Shown in pieces: positions 12,229 to 26,536 of a stretch of DNA of 64,000 nt. Position 1 is the stretch's first letter; every line of letters starts with the position of its first letter. The notes beneath the pieces are model-generated. The model was not told the DNA's origin. It saw only the letters and a list, made by a program, of their open reading frames with translations, and made no database searches. The DNA is taken from positions 124,001 through 188,000 of the forward strand of contig MU619243.1 of assembly GCA_025201805.1 (NCBI GenBank). Direction: 5' to 3'. A program made the position numbers and the translations under genes. Origin of the DNA: Parasitella parasitica NRRL 2501 (taxonomy: Eukaryota; Fungi; Mucoromycota).

Positions 12229-13271
12229 AATAAATATGTTTAACAAGAAGAAAGAGAGAGAGAGGATATGAACAGGTCCAGAGAACCAAGGGCTATTTAT
12301 TGTAAAAGAACCACATATGTCGATCGATGATGGCTTGTACCTATATTTGGTTATATTGCGTTAAAAGCCTGCCCAACCTGTATACTTTTGCATGAGGTCG
12401 ATTCTAAACGAATCTTGAAATATACATGTAGATTATATATAGTATATAGATACATGTATAATATGAGTGTATGTTGCTGTTGATACAGTAGTTTATTGGA
12501 AAAGCTCAAAAGAAAGAATATACAACATTTGTGTGTACATGTTATCATCCATTAGACTTACTCCTTAGTTTTCTCGTTTAATTGCAGGTTGTTGCATATT
12601 CGTCATTTTTAATCACGCTTTTCTCTATGATACTACAGCACTACAAACTGTTTATTGAGCAATACTTATGTGCGCCTATCGATAGCTTTGATTTTATTTG
12701 AACGCTACGAGCAACAACGTATAAGCAACGAAAAAAATAAGCAATTCAAAATGCACTGTGTTATGTAGTGTTTATGTATACAAATCAAAATGTTTATTTT
12801 TAGTTGAAGAAGAATAAATTATCATTTGGTCGTCTTGCTGTTACTTTCCCTAAACATACAGAAGATCGACTTGCATATGGATACATGAGAGCAAAAGAAT
12901 TGAATTTGTTGTTTCTGTTGATTCCTTTTTATATAGCACTTTACCGACATCTTGTCATCCATCCCTACCAACAGGAATGCTTGTAACCTCTGTTATCTCC
13001 TATACATTTTCTTATAGCTCTCCTCTTTTTCCTTCTCTCTCTCTCCTTGTAGAATACGCGCATATTATACATTAGTCTATCTTTTGTTATTTCTTTACCC
13101 CTTAATTTCCAGAGATTCAGTTGTCAAAATCTTTAACACAAAAATTTGCATAAAAGCTTTCATACTATCACTTATCACCGGTCACGAAGTGATTATACCC
13201 ACACATTTCCAAGAAAATGGCGTAATCCATCGATTAATAAGCTTTCCTTTCTTCTTCTTACATTATACAAA

Positions 13272-15154
13272 ATGGCTTCCACTTATCCTCCAAAAGTATC
13301 CAATGAAGAACTACAAAACACTGTATTGGTGGCAATTGACTGGGCCCTGGCTCACGGCCTCATTGTGCGACCCACTGTGGACAAGCAGTTAACCAACAAC
13401 GCGGCTGTCACTCATGCCCCTTTTGCCCTGTATCCTACTCCTTTTCCCCGTAAAGAGTTTGAAAAAGCTAGAAGCATACAGCAACCTTGGAACACCCTAA
13501 TCCACAAAATGAGCCAAGACGATCAATTGATCTCGGAGACTATGGAAACGTAAATGGGAACGAAATGTCGCTTCGTTGGATATACTGATAACCTTCTTCG
13601 TCTTAGGTTATCCAAATTAGATAATTTCATGGATCAATTGTATCAGATCTACCAAACTGTTAAGAATGAGGGCATTGCTCAAGTAAGTATATTCCTTGGA
13701 TATTGTATGATGAGCAATTAATCAGTTAAAAAAACACTATTCAAGACAGCAAGCCTGGGTATTCATCGCAATGACTACTTGTTACATACCGAAGCAGGTG
13801 CTGATGCAAAGATGGCTAAAATCCAGCAAGTAGAATTTAATACAGTATCAGCTAGTTTTGGCAGCTTATGCACTAGAACAAGCGAGCTTCATCGGTAAGT
13901 CATCTTCCCAAGCTGTGTGTATGTATACACAAATGTTGGAAAACTTACGCAAATATACCAGTTACCTTTTGTCTTCTTTGAAGGGGTATGCAGGAGATCA
14001 AATTGATATGAACCAGTTGCCTGAAAATAATGCCATCGATTCTCTTGCCAATGGCTTGGCTGCTGCATGGAAACACTACGGTAACCCCGAGTAAATAACT
14101 ACATGTCTCCTTGATTTTTGGTTTGTTTGTGTCTAAATTTTTTTTAGTGCACGTGTGGTTATGATTATTCAACCGGGTGAACGAAACGCTTTTGACCAGC
14201 GTTGGATTGAATACAATTTGTTACAAAAGTAAATGCAGAAATCTAAACATTTGGGCCGAGCAACTTATAGATTCATTTTCATATCATTAGCCATGGCATC
14301 TCCTTAACAAGATTGTCGCTTGAAGATCTAGCCTCTCGAGCTCAATTAAACAACACAACAAAAGCATTGGTCATGTAAGCTGCGCTTGTTCATGTAATCA
14401 ATCTCTCAAAACATGCAATTTAATCTCGAAAATCAACAGTGATGGTTTTGAAGTAGCAGTGGCCTATTATCGTGCTGGCTACGGTCCCGAGGACTATCAC
14501 ACCAAGAAAGAATGGGATGCTCGTTTACTCATTGAAAGATCATTAGCTATCAAATGCCCTACTGTTGCATATCAATTAGTTGGATCTAAAAAGGTGCAGC
14601 AAGTGCTAGCTGAAGCAGGGCGCTTAGAACGTTATGTTGATAAATCTACTGCTGACGCTATCCGTGATTCCTTCACAGGTTTATACCCTCTTGACAGTAG
14701 TCCCAAAGGTTTAGCAGCCTATCAGCTAGCTCTATCTAAACCTGATGGTTTAGTTATGAAACCTCAACGTGAAGGTGGAGGACACAACATTTATGGTCAA
14801 GACATCTTGGCTGAGCTGAAGCGATTGACTGCCGAGGAAAGAAATGCATATATTTTAATGGATCTTATACGTAGCCCTCCTCTTGATAATTTGATGATTC
14901 GTGAGGGTGAAATCATTACAGGCGATGTAGTTAGCGAGCTTGGTATCTATGGTATTTATCTTGCGTAAGTTTTGCCTCATTCTTCTTTTGTTTGGTTTTT
15001 GAAAAAAGACTTGCTAATATTTTGTTTTAGTGATGGTAATAAGGAAATTATGAATATGGAAGGTGGTCATTTGTTGCGCACCAAGGCAACTACAACGCGC
15101 GAAGGAGGCGTTGCAGCTGGCTTTGCTGTCATCGATAGTCCACTGCTTGTATAG
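13272..15154 (+). CDS. GSH2: Glutathione synthetase (eukaryotic type), multi-exon
   Basis: DWALAHGL, HAPFALYPTPFP, LGIHRNDYLL, QQVEFNTVSASF, QPGERNAFDQR, YYRAGYGP, QLVGSKKVQQ, MKPQREGGGHN, VSELGIYG, EGGVAAGFAVIDS. Confidence 0.95.
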
Positions 15155-16059
15155 ATGCTTTATACTATAATTGATTAACATAACATTATAAAAACGGCTT
15201 CAATTATATGAATTGAACAACTTGTATACGAAAAACATAATTATACTTGCTAACCGGAACCCAGAAAACAGCGCATTACAGTAAATGATAACTCTTAAAA
15301 GAAAGAGCTAATTTTTTAAGTGTCTTGTATGTATATCCTTCAAATATACGATATGCACAACGGAAACCGCAACTGAAAACGACCAATAGATCAATGTGTA
15401 ACACCTTATCATCATTGGCGAACAATTAAGTACTATATTGTTTCAATTCTATTATTTAGTTTTTAGATATGTTACATTGTCGAAAATGACTAATGGCCAA
15501 ATCAGATAGCTCTGATCAAGCCTGTATCCGCCCGACATAAATCAATTCATAATACTTTATTCTTCATCACAATCTACAGGCGTTTATATGCTAATTTTGT
15601 GGATTTCTAGGGCATACGGATATTTTTTATTGGAACACGTATTTTCTTTGATAACATTCAGTCTGATTTATCAGAATGAGAAATTATTCAAATAAAACGG
15701 TTGTGGATTAATCAGATAAAGATCTCGTTTATTACATGGAAAAAATGATGGTTTATATACTAGTGAATCTAAGTGGACTGATGGGAGGATAAGATACAAG
15801 TGTGAGACATGGTGTGATTTAGAGAATGGAACAATAGGTTGTATCTATTGTCCATGAACATGTCATGTTGTGTTATAAATAAGGAACATGATCCATTGGG
15901 ACATGTTCCTGAATTGTGTTCAGGATTGAGTTTACTTGAGTTTGACTTCCGGTTGGGAAATTGACACATCAACCATGAGCAAAATTCAAAAGTCTAGGAA
16001 AAATCACAACAATATTAAACACCGTGTATACACCGAATAAAAAGGCTGCAAGTCCAAAG

Positions 16060-16600
16060 AAGAATTATGAATACTGGACAAAATTTGTGGAAGCTGATGT
16101 TTTTAAACACTTGGCTCCCACTTCAGGATCCAAGCAAATCAACTAGATACCGGCTCGGCCACATTTATAAATTCGTTTACTCGAAAAAAAAAGACCACAG
16201 AAGACAGGTTCAGAGTTTTGGAGATGGTTAATCTTGGAAAAAATAGTCTTTATCAATGCTCAACAGCGGATGGTGTGGAGCAAGCCTATTCGCATCACAC
16301 TAATGCGCGCTCATTCTACTACAATCAATCCACGACCAAAAAAAAAAAAAAAAAAAAAAAAAGACGTTTGGAGCTCTCTTTTAGAAAAGGCTCTGATAGA
16401 CTAGCAGTTTACGAGAGAAAGAGTTCTGGTGCAAAGGAACCGATTATGTTTGTCGGTGATCGTGGGCACGGATTCGGCACTCGCATCAAGGGACACAGAC
16501 GATTTAGTAGGTTCTGGAAAGCGCACACAATTCAACAATTTAGCCCTATCTTTTTCGTACGGGAAACAGATACTGGGCTCGCCTTTTGATGGAGGCAATG
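16060..16600 (+). pseudogene. Probable Fanzor (eukaryotic TnpB-like) nuclease remnant
   Basis: RSFYY...RRLEL...DRLAVYERK...PIMFVGDRGHGFGTRIKGHRRF resembles, from memory, the segment before RuvC-II in Mucorales Fanzor-like proteins. Interrupted by an A-run; the downstream Zn-finger/RuvC-III region is absent. Confidence 0.6.
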
Positions 16601-16940
16601 CTTTTTGAAAGCAAGTAAACAAATATAAAAAGTGGGGGTATCTCGATTTTAATCGAGCGGTGATCTTTGGTTTTGACCATTCATACCATTTTTTAATTTC
16701 ATAGTTGTATCATTGTTTATTTCAGACGCCTTTATTAAAATGAAAAGTTTCTTCGCCAAAATGCATTTTAGTAACATATAAAAGCTCACTGCGAGATTTC
16801 TCAACTAGGCATCTATGATTGGTCCACAAAGACTCCTTTATTAGAAGCAGCCCATCTATCTAACTTTTTGGTACAAGGTTTTTGAAAAAAGAAAAAAAAA
16901 ACAGCCTTTTCTTTCCGTATCACTAACTTGATTGTTTAGC

Positions 16941-18372
16941 ATGGCAACAGGCACAGTGTATTCAAAAAGCTCAACTTGGTGGTCACCAAAGACGATCATG
17001 CAAATATTGTTTGTGAATTTTGGGCTATTCTTTCAATCTATTTGCTGCGTGTTGGGTCAACTATCTTCAATCTTTATATACCCCATTTCATTTAAGGTTT
17101 ACAGACAGATTATTGCTTATACAATGCACACATGGTCTCAAAATCTGGTTGCGTTGGTTCAATGGTTTGCACCTGCCAATGTTATAATGACATTTGATGA
17201 AAGTTGTGGTCTCATCGAAGATGTTGTGCAAAGAGATATTAATACAGGAAATGTACAAGGCTTAATTTTTCCAAATAGAATTATTGTTACTGCAAATCAT
17301 CAGGTTTATAATTGAAGTAGACTTCCTTCAAAATATAATTTACTCATTTCGCCTTCAGATTTATGCAGATTGGATTTATATTTGGTGTATTGCTTATCTT
17401 GCAAAGGCTCATGGCGCATTAAAGATTATTCTCAAGTCAAGCTTAAAGAATCTGCCCGTGTATGGACAGTAAGTTTAGCCTTTTATAAATTACCATTATA
17501 ATAATATTCATTAATGTAACGGCCTAGGGTAATGAGGATAAAGACATCTAATCGATGTTTAATCAATACTAAATGGCTTTATGTTTAGGGCATGAGATTT
17601 TTTGATTTCATATTTTTAAAACGTAAATTAGACGTGGATAAGGATAATATCATATCAAATCTAGAAAGATCAAAGAAAGGAAATCAATCACTATGGCTGG
17701 TTTTATTCCCTGAGGGAACTGGTACTTATTCCGAATTTGCTTTTTTTTATGTTTGTTTGTTAGATAACAAGCCTTTATGTTAGTTGTATCACCCTCTACT
17801 CGTAAGAGATCAAAAGAGTTTGCCGAATCAAATGATATGGTAAAATTTAGTATTTTTTTTTTTTTTTTTTTGAAGTCAAGGTACCGATAAACTGATATCC
17901 GATACAGCAAGATAACAGATACACATTATTGCCAAGATCAGCCGGCTTGAGGCTCTGTGCCACTACTTTGGCTGACAGTATCGATTACATTTACGATTTC
18001 ACTATTGGATATTCTGGAGTGGAAGCAGATGATATCCCTGAGCAAGTCTACACCATTCAAAGCATCTTCTTCTTTAACTTTTATCCCAAAAAGATACATA
18101 TTTACGTACGTCGATTCAGAGTGGACTCAATCCCTGTTGAAAGTGAAGTAGAGTTTAATCAATGGAACCTTGAACGATGGAAAGAAAAGGATGAGCTACT
18201 GGATCATTTTTATAAAAATCAAGTATTTTCGCACACTTTATCCGATCGAATTATTAATGTGCCTATTAAATTGAACAGTTCTTGGCTGAATCTAGCTCAA
18301 ATCTGGATCTTTATAGTGCCTTATCTTTTAATCTTGAAGAATATCTTTTTATTTAACAATACTTCTGCATAA
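16941..18372 (+). CDS. Lysophospholipid acyltransferase (LCLAT1/CST26-like PlsC family); needs a 1-nt exon at 17528
   Basis: Motifs ANHQIYADW, IILKSSLKNLPVYG-Q-GMRFFDFIFLKR, LVLFPEGT, LLPRSAGL, IYDFTIGYSG, WKEKDELL. Confidence 0.9.
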
Positions 18373-19064
18373 TGATTTATATCTAATAAATTCTCTATCC
18401 ATATCGTAGTGAAAATTTAGAGATAGACTTCAATTTCCTAATCCGGATAACAAACAAATAGATATACAAACATATTTCGACACAATCTTTCTGATAAGCA
18501 TAGTTCTTGTGTATAGCACAACATCTAGATATGCTTGGCAAAACAATTGTTATTTTTTCAAGAGACAGTGTGCTGAATCAATATGATGCTAATTCAGATG
18601 AATGGTTGCCATGGTGAAAATTCGATTGTACAGGTTTCAACCGCTTTGGGATTTTGGATCCAAGGAAACAATAATTTCCTAATCCGTTTGAAAAACAAAA
18701 TGATACAATGATAAAAGATAAATAGACATAATAACAACAAAGATTAGAAAAAAGGGTACTAAGAAGCCTTCCAATGAAATAATGATACAGATTTGCTACC
18801 AATATCAAGATGAAATATGGCTCATCTGGGCACGCCATAGATAAACGCAATGAGTAACCAATCAAAACTATCTCGAGTGATTGGGAGAAAAAGTCGCCTC
18901 ATCGCTTGTTAATATGATTTGCGCATTTGTATAAAAGGAACTGAGTTTGACATGTTCTCTATATTTCTGTTATATTTGACCATCATCTGTCAATCTCAGT
19001 CTTCTTTCTTACACCACCCCTTTGTCTCTTACATTCTATCCCCTAATACATTTTTTTGTTGTCA

Positions 19065-20696
19065 ATGTCAATCCAGCCAAGAGTCCCTATACCTCAAGGA
19101 GGAGCATCACTCATGCTCGCCTTCCAAAGCAAGCAGAAAAATATCATTGTTGTAGGTGACAGCACTGTTGCTGCCAGCCGAGTTTTGTCATGTCTCGAAG
19201 CAGATGCTATTGTCTATCTGGTCGCAAGCAGTGATTACATGTGCTCAGAACTAAAGTACAGAGTAGATCACCAGCAAGTTATTTTGCTCGGTCATGAATT
19301 CGAGTCTAGCATGTTGAAAAATCACTGCTTTGATTTGGGTTTCATCTGCAACATACCGTCCGAAACATCACCGGAAGCCATTGTGCGCCAGTTCCGTCAA
19401 CATCGCATCCCCGTTAACATAACTGATCATAGCGACCTCTGTGATTTCTTTATGACCTCAAATTACCGAGATCAGTCTCTTCAAATTGCCGTTTCGACAA
19501 ATGGACAGGCATCGAAATTATCCAGCCGGATCCGTCGTCATATTGCATCAAACCTGCCTGCAAAGCTGGGAGACGCTATCAACCGAGTGGGCGTATTACG
19601 CAAAAAGATCCGTGCTTCGGATCCCAGTTCTGCTGCGAGCATTCGACGTATGAAATGGGCGGCGCAGATTTGTGAATATTGGAGTATGGAACGTCTAGCG
19701 CAGCTGTCAGACAAGGATATGGAAGACTTATTAGATGCATACCACAATGATGAAGGCTACGAGAGTCTAGATGCCCACTCGCCAGTTGCTACGTCTGATA
19801 AATTTGGCTTGGTAAAGCCTTCGGTTCCTACTGGGAGTATTGCGTTGGTTGGATCTGGTACTGGCGACCCTGAGTTATTAACAATGGCAGCTCACAAAGC
19901 CATCAAAGAGGCGGATCTCGTCCTCGCTGACAAAATTGTACCTGCAGAAGTTATTGCATTAGTCACATGCGATCTGAAAATTGCTCGCAAATTCCCTGGA
20001 AATGCTGAAGCAGCTCAGCAAGAATTCAACGAAATGGCACTCAAGGCCATCAGACAAGGCAAAAGAGTTGTTCGCCTTAAGCAAGGCGACCCTTACTTGT
20101 TTGGTCGTGGCGGTGAGGAGGTCTTGTTTTTCCGCAAACACAATATTGTTCCTCGTGTCATCCCTGGTATTTCGTCCACAGTTGCCGCGGGTTTGCTAGC
20201 CGGTATCCCTCTAACACATCGCTCTGTCGCTTCCCAGTTCTTGGTTACTACTGGCACTGGCGCTCGTAACTCTTCTGCTCCTTTACCGACATTTGATAAA
20301 AATCGTACCGACGTATTCTTGATGGCTATTCACCGTTTGGAAGCATTGACAAAAGACCTCGTGACAAACCAACAATACCCAGCAGACATCCCATGCGCTA
20401 TTGTAGAAAGAGCTAGTTGCAAAGATCAGCGTGTGGTGTGGGGAAAGCTTTCCAACATTGTTCAGGTTCTAGAGAGTTGTGGTGGCAGTCGTCCTCCGGG
20501 ATTACTGATCATCGGATATGCTATCAATGTCTTGAAGCATGAAAATAAGGGCCCGGAAGGTGTTGCTGCCAACCTGATGACCGCCTCGGGGCTGGCTTCT
20601 GATGTCGTCTATGGTCAAGAAATGGCTAGTGAAGATATCATTGAGGGGAAGAATGCCAATCTTTTAGGCTTGCATGATCCAGAAAGTGTATTTTAA
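19065..20696 (+). CDS. MET1: Uroporphyrinogen-III C-methyltransferase with an N-terminal Met8/CysG-B-like domain (siroheme synthesis); intronless
   Basis: N-terminal PVNITDHSDLCDF...LQIAVSTNG. C-terminal LVGSGTGDPELLT, VRLKQGDPYLFGRGGEE, IPGISS, IPLTHR. Confidence 0.92.
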   Translation: MSIQPRVPIPQGGASLMLAFQSKQKNIIVVGDSTVAASRVLSCLEADAIVYLVASSDYMCSELKYRVDHQQVILLGHEFESSMLKNHCFDLGFICNIPSETSPEAIVRQFRQHRIPVNITDHSDLCDFFMTSNYRDQSLQIAVSTNGQASKLSSRIRRHIASNLPAKLGDAINRVGVLRKKIRASDPSSAASIRRMKWAAQICEYWSMERLAQLSDKDMEDLLDAYHNDEGYESLDAHSPVATSDKFGLVKPSVPTGSIALVGSGTGDPELLTMAAHKAIKEADLVLADKIVPAEVIALVTCDLKIARKFPGNAEAAQQEFNEMALKAIRQGKRVVRLKQGDPYLFGRGGEEVLFFRKHNIVPRVIPGISSTVAAGLLAGIPLTHRSVASQFLVTTGTGARNSSAPLPTFDKNRTDVFLMAIHRLEALTKDLVTNQQYPADIPCAIVERASCKDQRVVWGKLSNIVQVLESCGGSRPPGLLIIGYAINVLKHENKGPEGVAANLMTASGLASDVVYGQEMASEDIIEGKNANLLGLHDPESVF

Positions 20697-21205
20697 ATCC
20701 ACTATGCAGCTTGAACCTTGATTTGTTTCTAAATATACCACTGTTTCTATTATTTTGTCTATTCCACACTCTTTACTACTGTTTAATAATAAATACATTT
20801 GCCTTTGCAATAAGCAAAGCTTTTTACTGTCAGTAATGAATCATATACACACACCACCTCTGCTAAAATGCCTCGATAGCATCACATTTCGAGTTGGGGA
20901 TTAATCTATTTTCGATACAAATTATGCAGCAGGACACTATTTACTAGAATATTTTGAATTCAATGCAGACTTGCTTTCCCAATGATGGTTATTGTTGGTG
21001 CCTTGAGCTATGCTTCACTAGTAATAACCGCTAATTAGGGTGTTTCTAACTATTCTTAGTAGATGAGCTAGTCTAAATATCTTGACATTGGCAACCGATT
21101 TCGAAAGCTTCAAGTAGCTATGCTACTAATGATTGTGCTTTCAATCCATGGATAAATCAAGCATCCATTTGCGTCGTGGCTTATACACAAGATGTCACAT
21201 TGCAG

Positions 21206-21264
<59 letters not shown>
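21206..21264 (+). repeat. Poly(A) tract of ~59 nt, 80 bp upstream of the URA7 ATG
   Basis: Uninterrupted A run seen directly. Confidence 0.9.
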
Positions 21265-21267
<3 letters not shown>

Positions 21268-21344
21268 CAAAAGCTGAAACGCTGTCAAATTCTACTTGGA
21301 TTCTCTTTTTACATCAAATTTTCTTGAAAAAATTAACGGATAAA

Positions 21345-23111
<1,767 letters not shown>

Positions 23112-23338
23112 ATATAATATTTTAGAGATAACCACCTTAATTCAATCAAAATCCCTTTTTCCAAACAATCATTTATTAGATTTTTTTTATTTTTTCTTCT
23201 TCTTGTTTAGACATTTCCTATCCTTTAACCATTTGTTTTTTTCCTTTTTTTTCTTTTTTGTTTTTCGTTATAAAAAAACAAAAAAAAAACAAAAAAGTCG
23301 CTTTATTCTGGCGTTCGAAATAAACTGCATGTATATTT

Positions 23339-25047
23339 TTACAATTCATCCTCCATCGCTTCATCGCTCGGTATAATTGAAGGGCCAACAAAACTCAATG
23401 CTAGCTCGACATCCTCTTGGTTAATCTCTGACAGCTGCTTCTTTAGCGATAAAAGACCAGCTTTGCGAATGACAGCCTGAAGATCTGCGCCAGTATAACC
23501 TTCCGTTTTCGAAGCAATCGCCTGCAAATCGACATGCGCATCGAGCTTTGTTTTTTGTGCCAGCACTTGCAGAATTTGGAAGCGCTCCTCCATATTGGGC
23601 GCTCCAACATAAACAAGCCGATCAAGCCTTCCTGGCCGTAGGATTGAGCTGTCAATGGATTGTGGATGGTTCGTTGCGCCTAGCAAAATCACGCTCTGAT
23701 CAATCTTGTCTAGATGGTCGATCTCAATTAGGAATTGAGAAATAAGCTACGCAAGAAGGAGTTTTTTTTTTATAAATATATATAAATGTGTGTATTTGTG
23801 TGATCATCATCCAGAAAGCCAGAAAACTTACTTTTCTGCCAACATCTCCAGAACTTTCACGGGAGGAGAATATCGCTTCCAATTCATCTAAAAAGATGAC
23901 ACACGGACTACATCGAATGGCTGTCTGGAATATCCTTGAAACTGCCTTTTCTGATTCTCCCACTTCGCCTTTGACCAAGTCGGGTATACTCACTGGCAGA
24001 AAATTGGCTGACGATTCTGTAGCTACTGCCTTTGCCAGGAGAGTCTTGCCTGTACCGGGAGGCCCGAACAATAAAACACCCTTGGACGGCCGAATACCTA
24101 ATCGTTTATAGGCATCAGCGTGTTTGTATACCCACACAGCCGACTCTTCCAGCGCATTTTTAGCTGCCACTAGGCCGCCAATGTCACGCCAATACACTGG
24201 ATCCGGCTTTTCTGCCATTGCAGAGTTCTGAAATCCGCTGACTCTAATCTGGTCAAATGTCTTGTCGAAATTACCAAGTTGCACTAGAGTTGTATTAGTA
24301 AAAAGTTCTGCCAAATGCTGCTCTTCTGATGCCGTACCCCTTGACTGCTTGTTCATGATCGCATCCTCTTCAGCCAGTACAGCCCATCGAGAAAGATCAG
24401 CCGCTACAAATGCGTGGGCTTTGAAAGACAGTTGTTCTATATCGTATTGGGTTACGTCTGTGTTTGACGGGGAAAACGATTCATATATATGGCGCATTAT
24501 ATGTTTTCTCTCGACAGGCGTAGGTATCTGCAAGTTCACTTTGTCGTGGAACATGGTCCGAACACCCAGTGCAATGTGATCGGGGCGTCGTGTAGTAGCC
24601 ACCAGCATGATTGCGCTTTGCTGAATTAAAGACTGCAAAATAGCTGCTAAAGTCGGATCTTGTGTGCTCTGGCCACGGCGAGGAAAGAACAAGTCCAAGT
24701 CTTCTATCAGCAACAAGCTCTTGGTGGATGCCGAGGCTTTCCAAACCAATCGCTTGAACCCTTTGCTTAGCTGACCACGATGGCTGGCTGCTAACTCGCC
24801 GATGAGGGCCGTGTAGACGGTTGCATTATGAGTATCAGCCAGGTGTCGTATGATGAAAGATTTGCCGGTGCCTGAGTCTCCTGCAAGCAGAATTACCGAA
24901 GGAGAGCTACCTTGCTCAAATGTCAATTGAAATGCTTGGCTCAACCTACAGGCGATATGGCGCGCAGAGTTAGAAACAACGGTGCACAGCAAGCCTGTAC
25001 AATTACCTAGCCCCTTCTTCCCCGTAGCACAGTGACGGGTACGACAT
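23339..25047 (-). CDS. Type II (two-domain) AAA+ ATPase of the Cdc48/Afg2-like group, lacking an N-domain
   Basis: ATG at 25047, first intron 25006-24946. D1 has GDSGTGKS with a degenerate Walker B (LIEDLD). D2 has [27 protein letters not shown] and [18 protein letters not shown]. Confidence 0.85.
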
Positions 25048-25231
25048 GGTTGTTATGTGAAAAAAGGAATGAGAAGCGTGAGCAAAAATTTTCAACTACA
25101 ACAATGGATTAAAATGACACGGCTGTCATTCAAAGGCCCTGAATTGGGGGTGGTGGTGCTGCTTTTTTTTTTTTTCGCTCTACTACCGTACACAATCTCC
25201 AAGCTTAGAAAGCCAAGCATTGCTGCACATT

Positions 25232-26502
25232 ATGGACCTCCATAGCTTGTTGAATAGCCAAAAGGACACCAAGCTTTCGCTTTCTGACCTGCACAAGTTG
25301 CTTGAAAAACGAGACAGTGGAGCCATTTTCGAAAAGATCCAAAACAGCACCGCGTACGACTTTCCTGCAAACAGAGCCGACACCTTTGCGTTCTTTGATA
25401 CGTTCATCCAAGTTATCCTCTCGATTGTCCATGACGACGACCCTTACAGCGCACAGCTATCAAAGTCTCTTGTTATTGATTCGCTTCGAAGCTGCATCAA
25501 TGGCTTACTGCGACAAAATGGCATTGAATGGCTGATGGAATTCCCAAACTTCTTTTCCACCAAGACCTGGGTAGTTTTGCGCGCCAACATCACGATCCTC
25601 GTGTACCTGTATGGACTTGTGCTGGCTATATGGAACAAACCTGAGATCGCCAGACGTCGCGATGACTGGTTGCGGGGCATTTTGCAGTTTGTGCACTCCA
25701 ATTCAGCCATTGTCATGCTGCATTTGTGGTTGAATTGCTGCTGCGTGCTTGGTGACGATGCAAGCAACACGTCTGGAGGCTCTACTACAGCCGAGGAATT
25801 ATACTTGGACAAGCTGGAGTCGGCCTACAGCAGTAAAAAGCTATCGAGCGAGGCGATACGGACAATGTTTCTAATGCTTCCTGAACTCCAAGTCGATATT
25901 TTGGCAGAGCAGGTCAACCACCAATTGGGCGGTGCATTAACAAGACCGCCATTCACAAAAGACGAGTTTATAGTAGGGAAAATAAGCCTGGACAATGCTT
26001 GCCAAGCTAGGTCGAATCGGTATACATCCATCCGTAAAATATACCAGCAGAGCCAAGTAAAAGCAGGTAACGTAACCAGGCACTCTTTTCGAGTGTCATC
26101 ATTGCTGATCCCCAAGTGTGTGTAGCCCCTGAGGATGTAAAAGCCAACAACGCACCAAATCCGCTGTTAAGTAGAGACCTACTCACCAATACACCTTCGG
26201 ATAAATACATACAAACAGAGTCGATCAGAAAAGCCACCCTATTCTGGATTCAGAGAATGAGCTCACTGAATCCCCACGAGTTTGATTTACACCTAAAGAG
26301 TGCCATTCAATCGCATTACCCTACCGATAGGAAAACGATCCTCGACTTGGTACTAGCTGATTGGACTGCAAGAGACAGATTTCATAGACATTTAGGATTT
26401 GTTATTGACGTTGTGCTGGCACAATTACAAAAATCTCGGTACAATCGACGAACATCGCCTTACTACGCATTTGTGCAACTATTCAACATACCAGACGACC
26501 AT

Positions 26503-26536
<34 letters not shown>

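Noticed and set aside
21133-21344. Poly-Lys N-terminal extension of CTP synthase
   Set aside because: Translation of the poly(A) tract. The conserved start is [10 protein letters not shown] at 21345.
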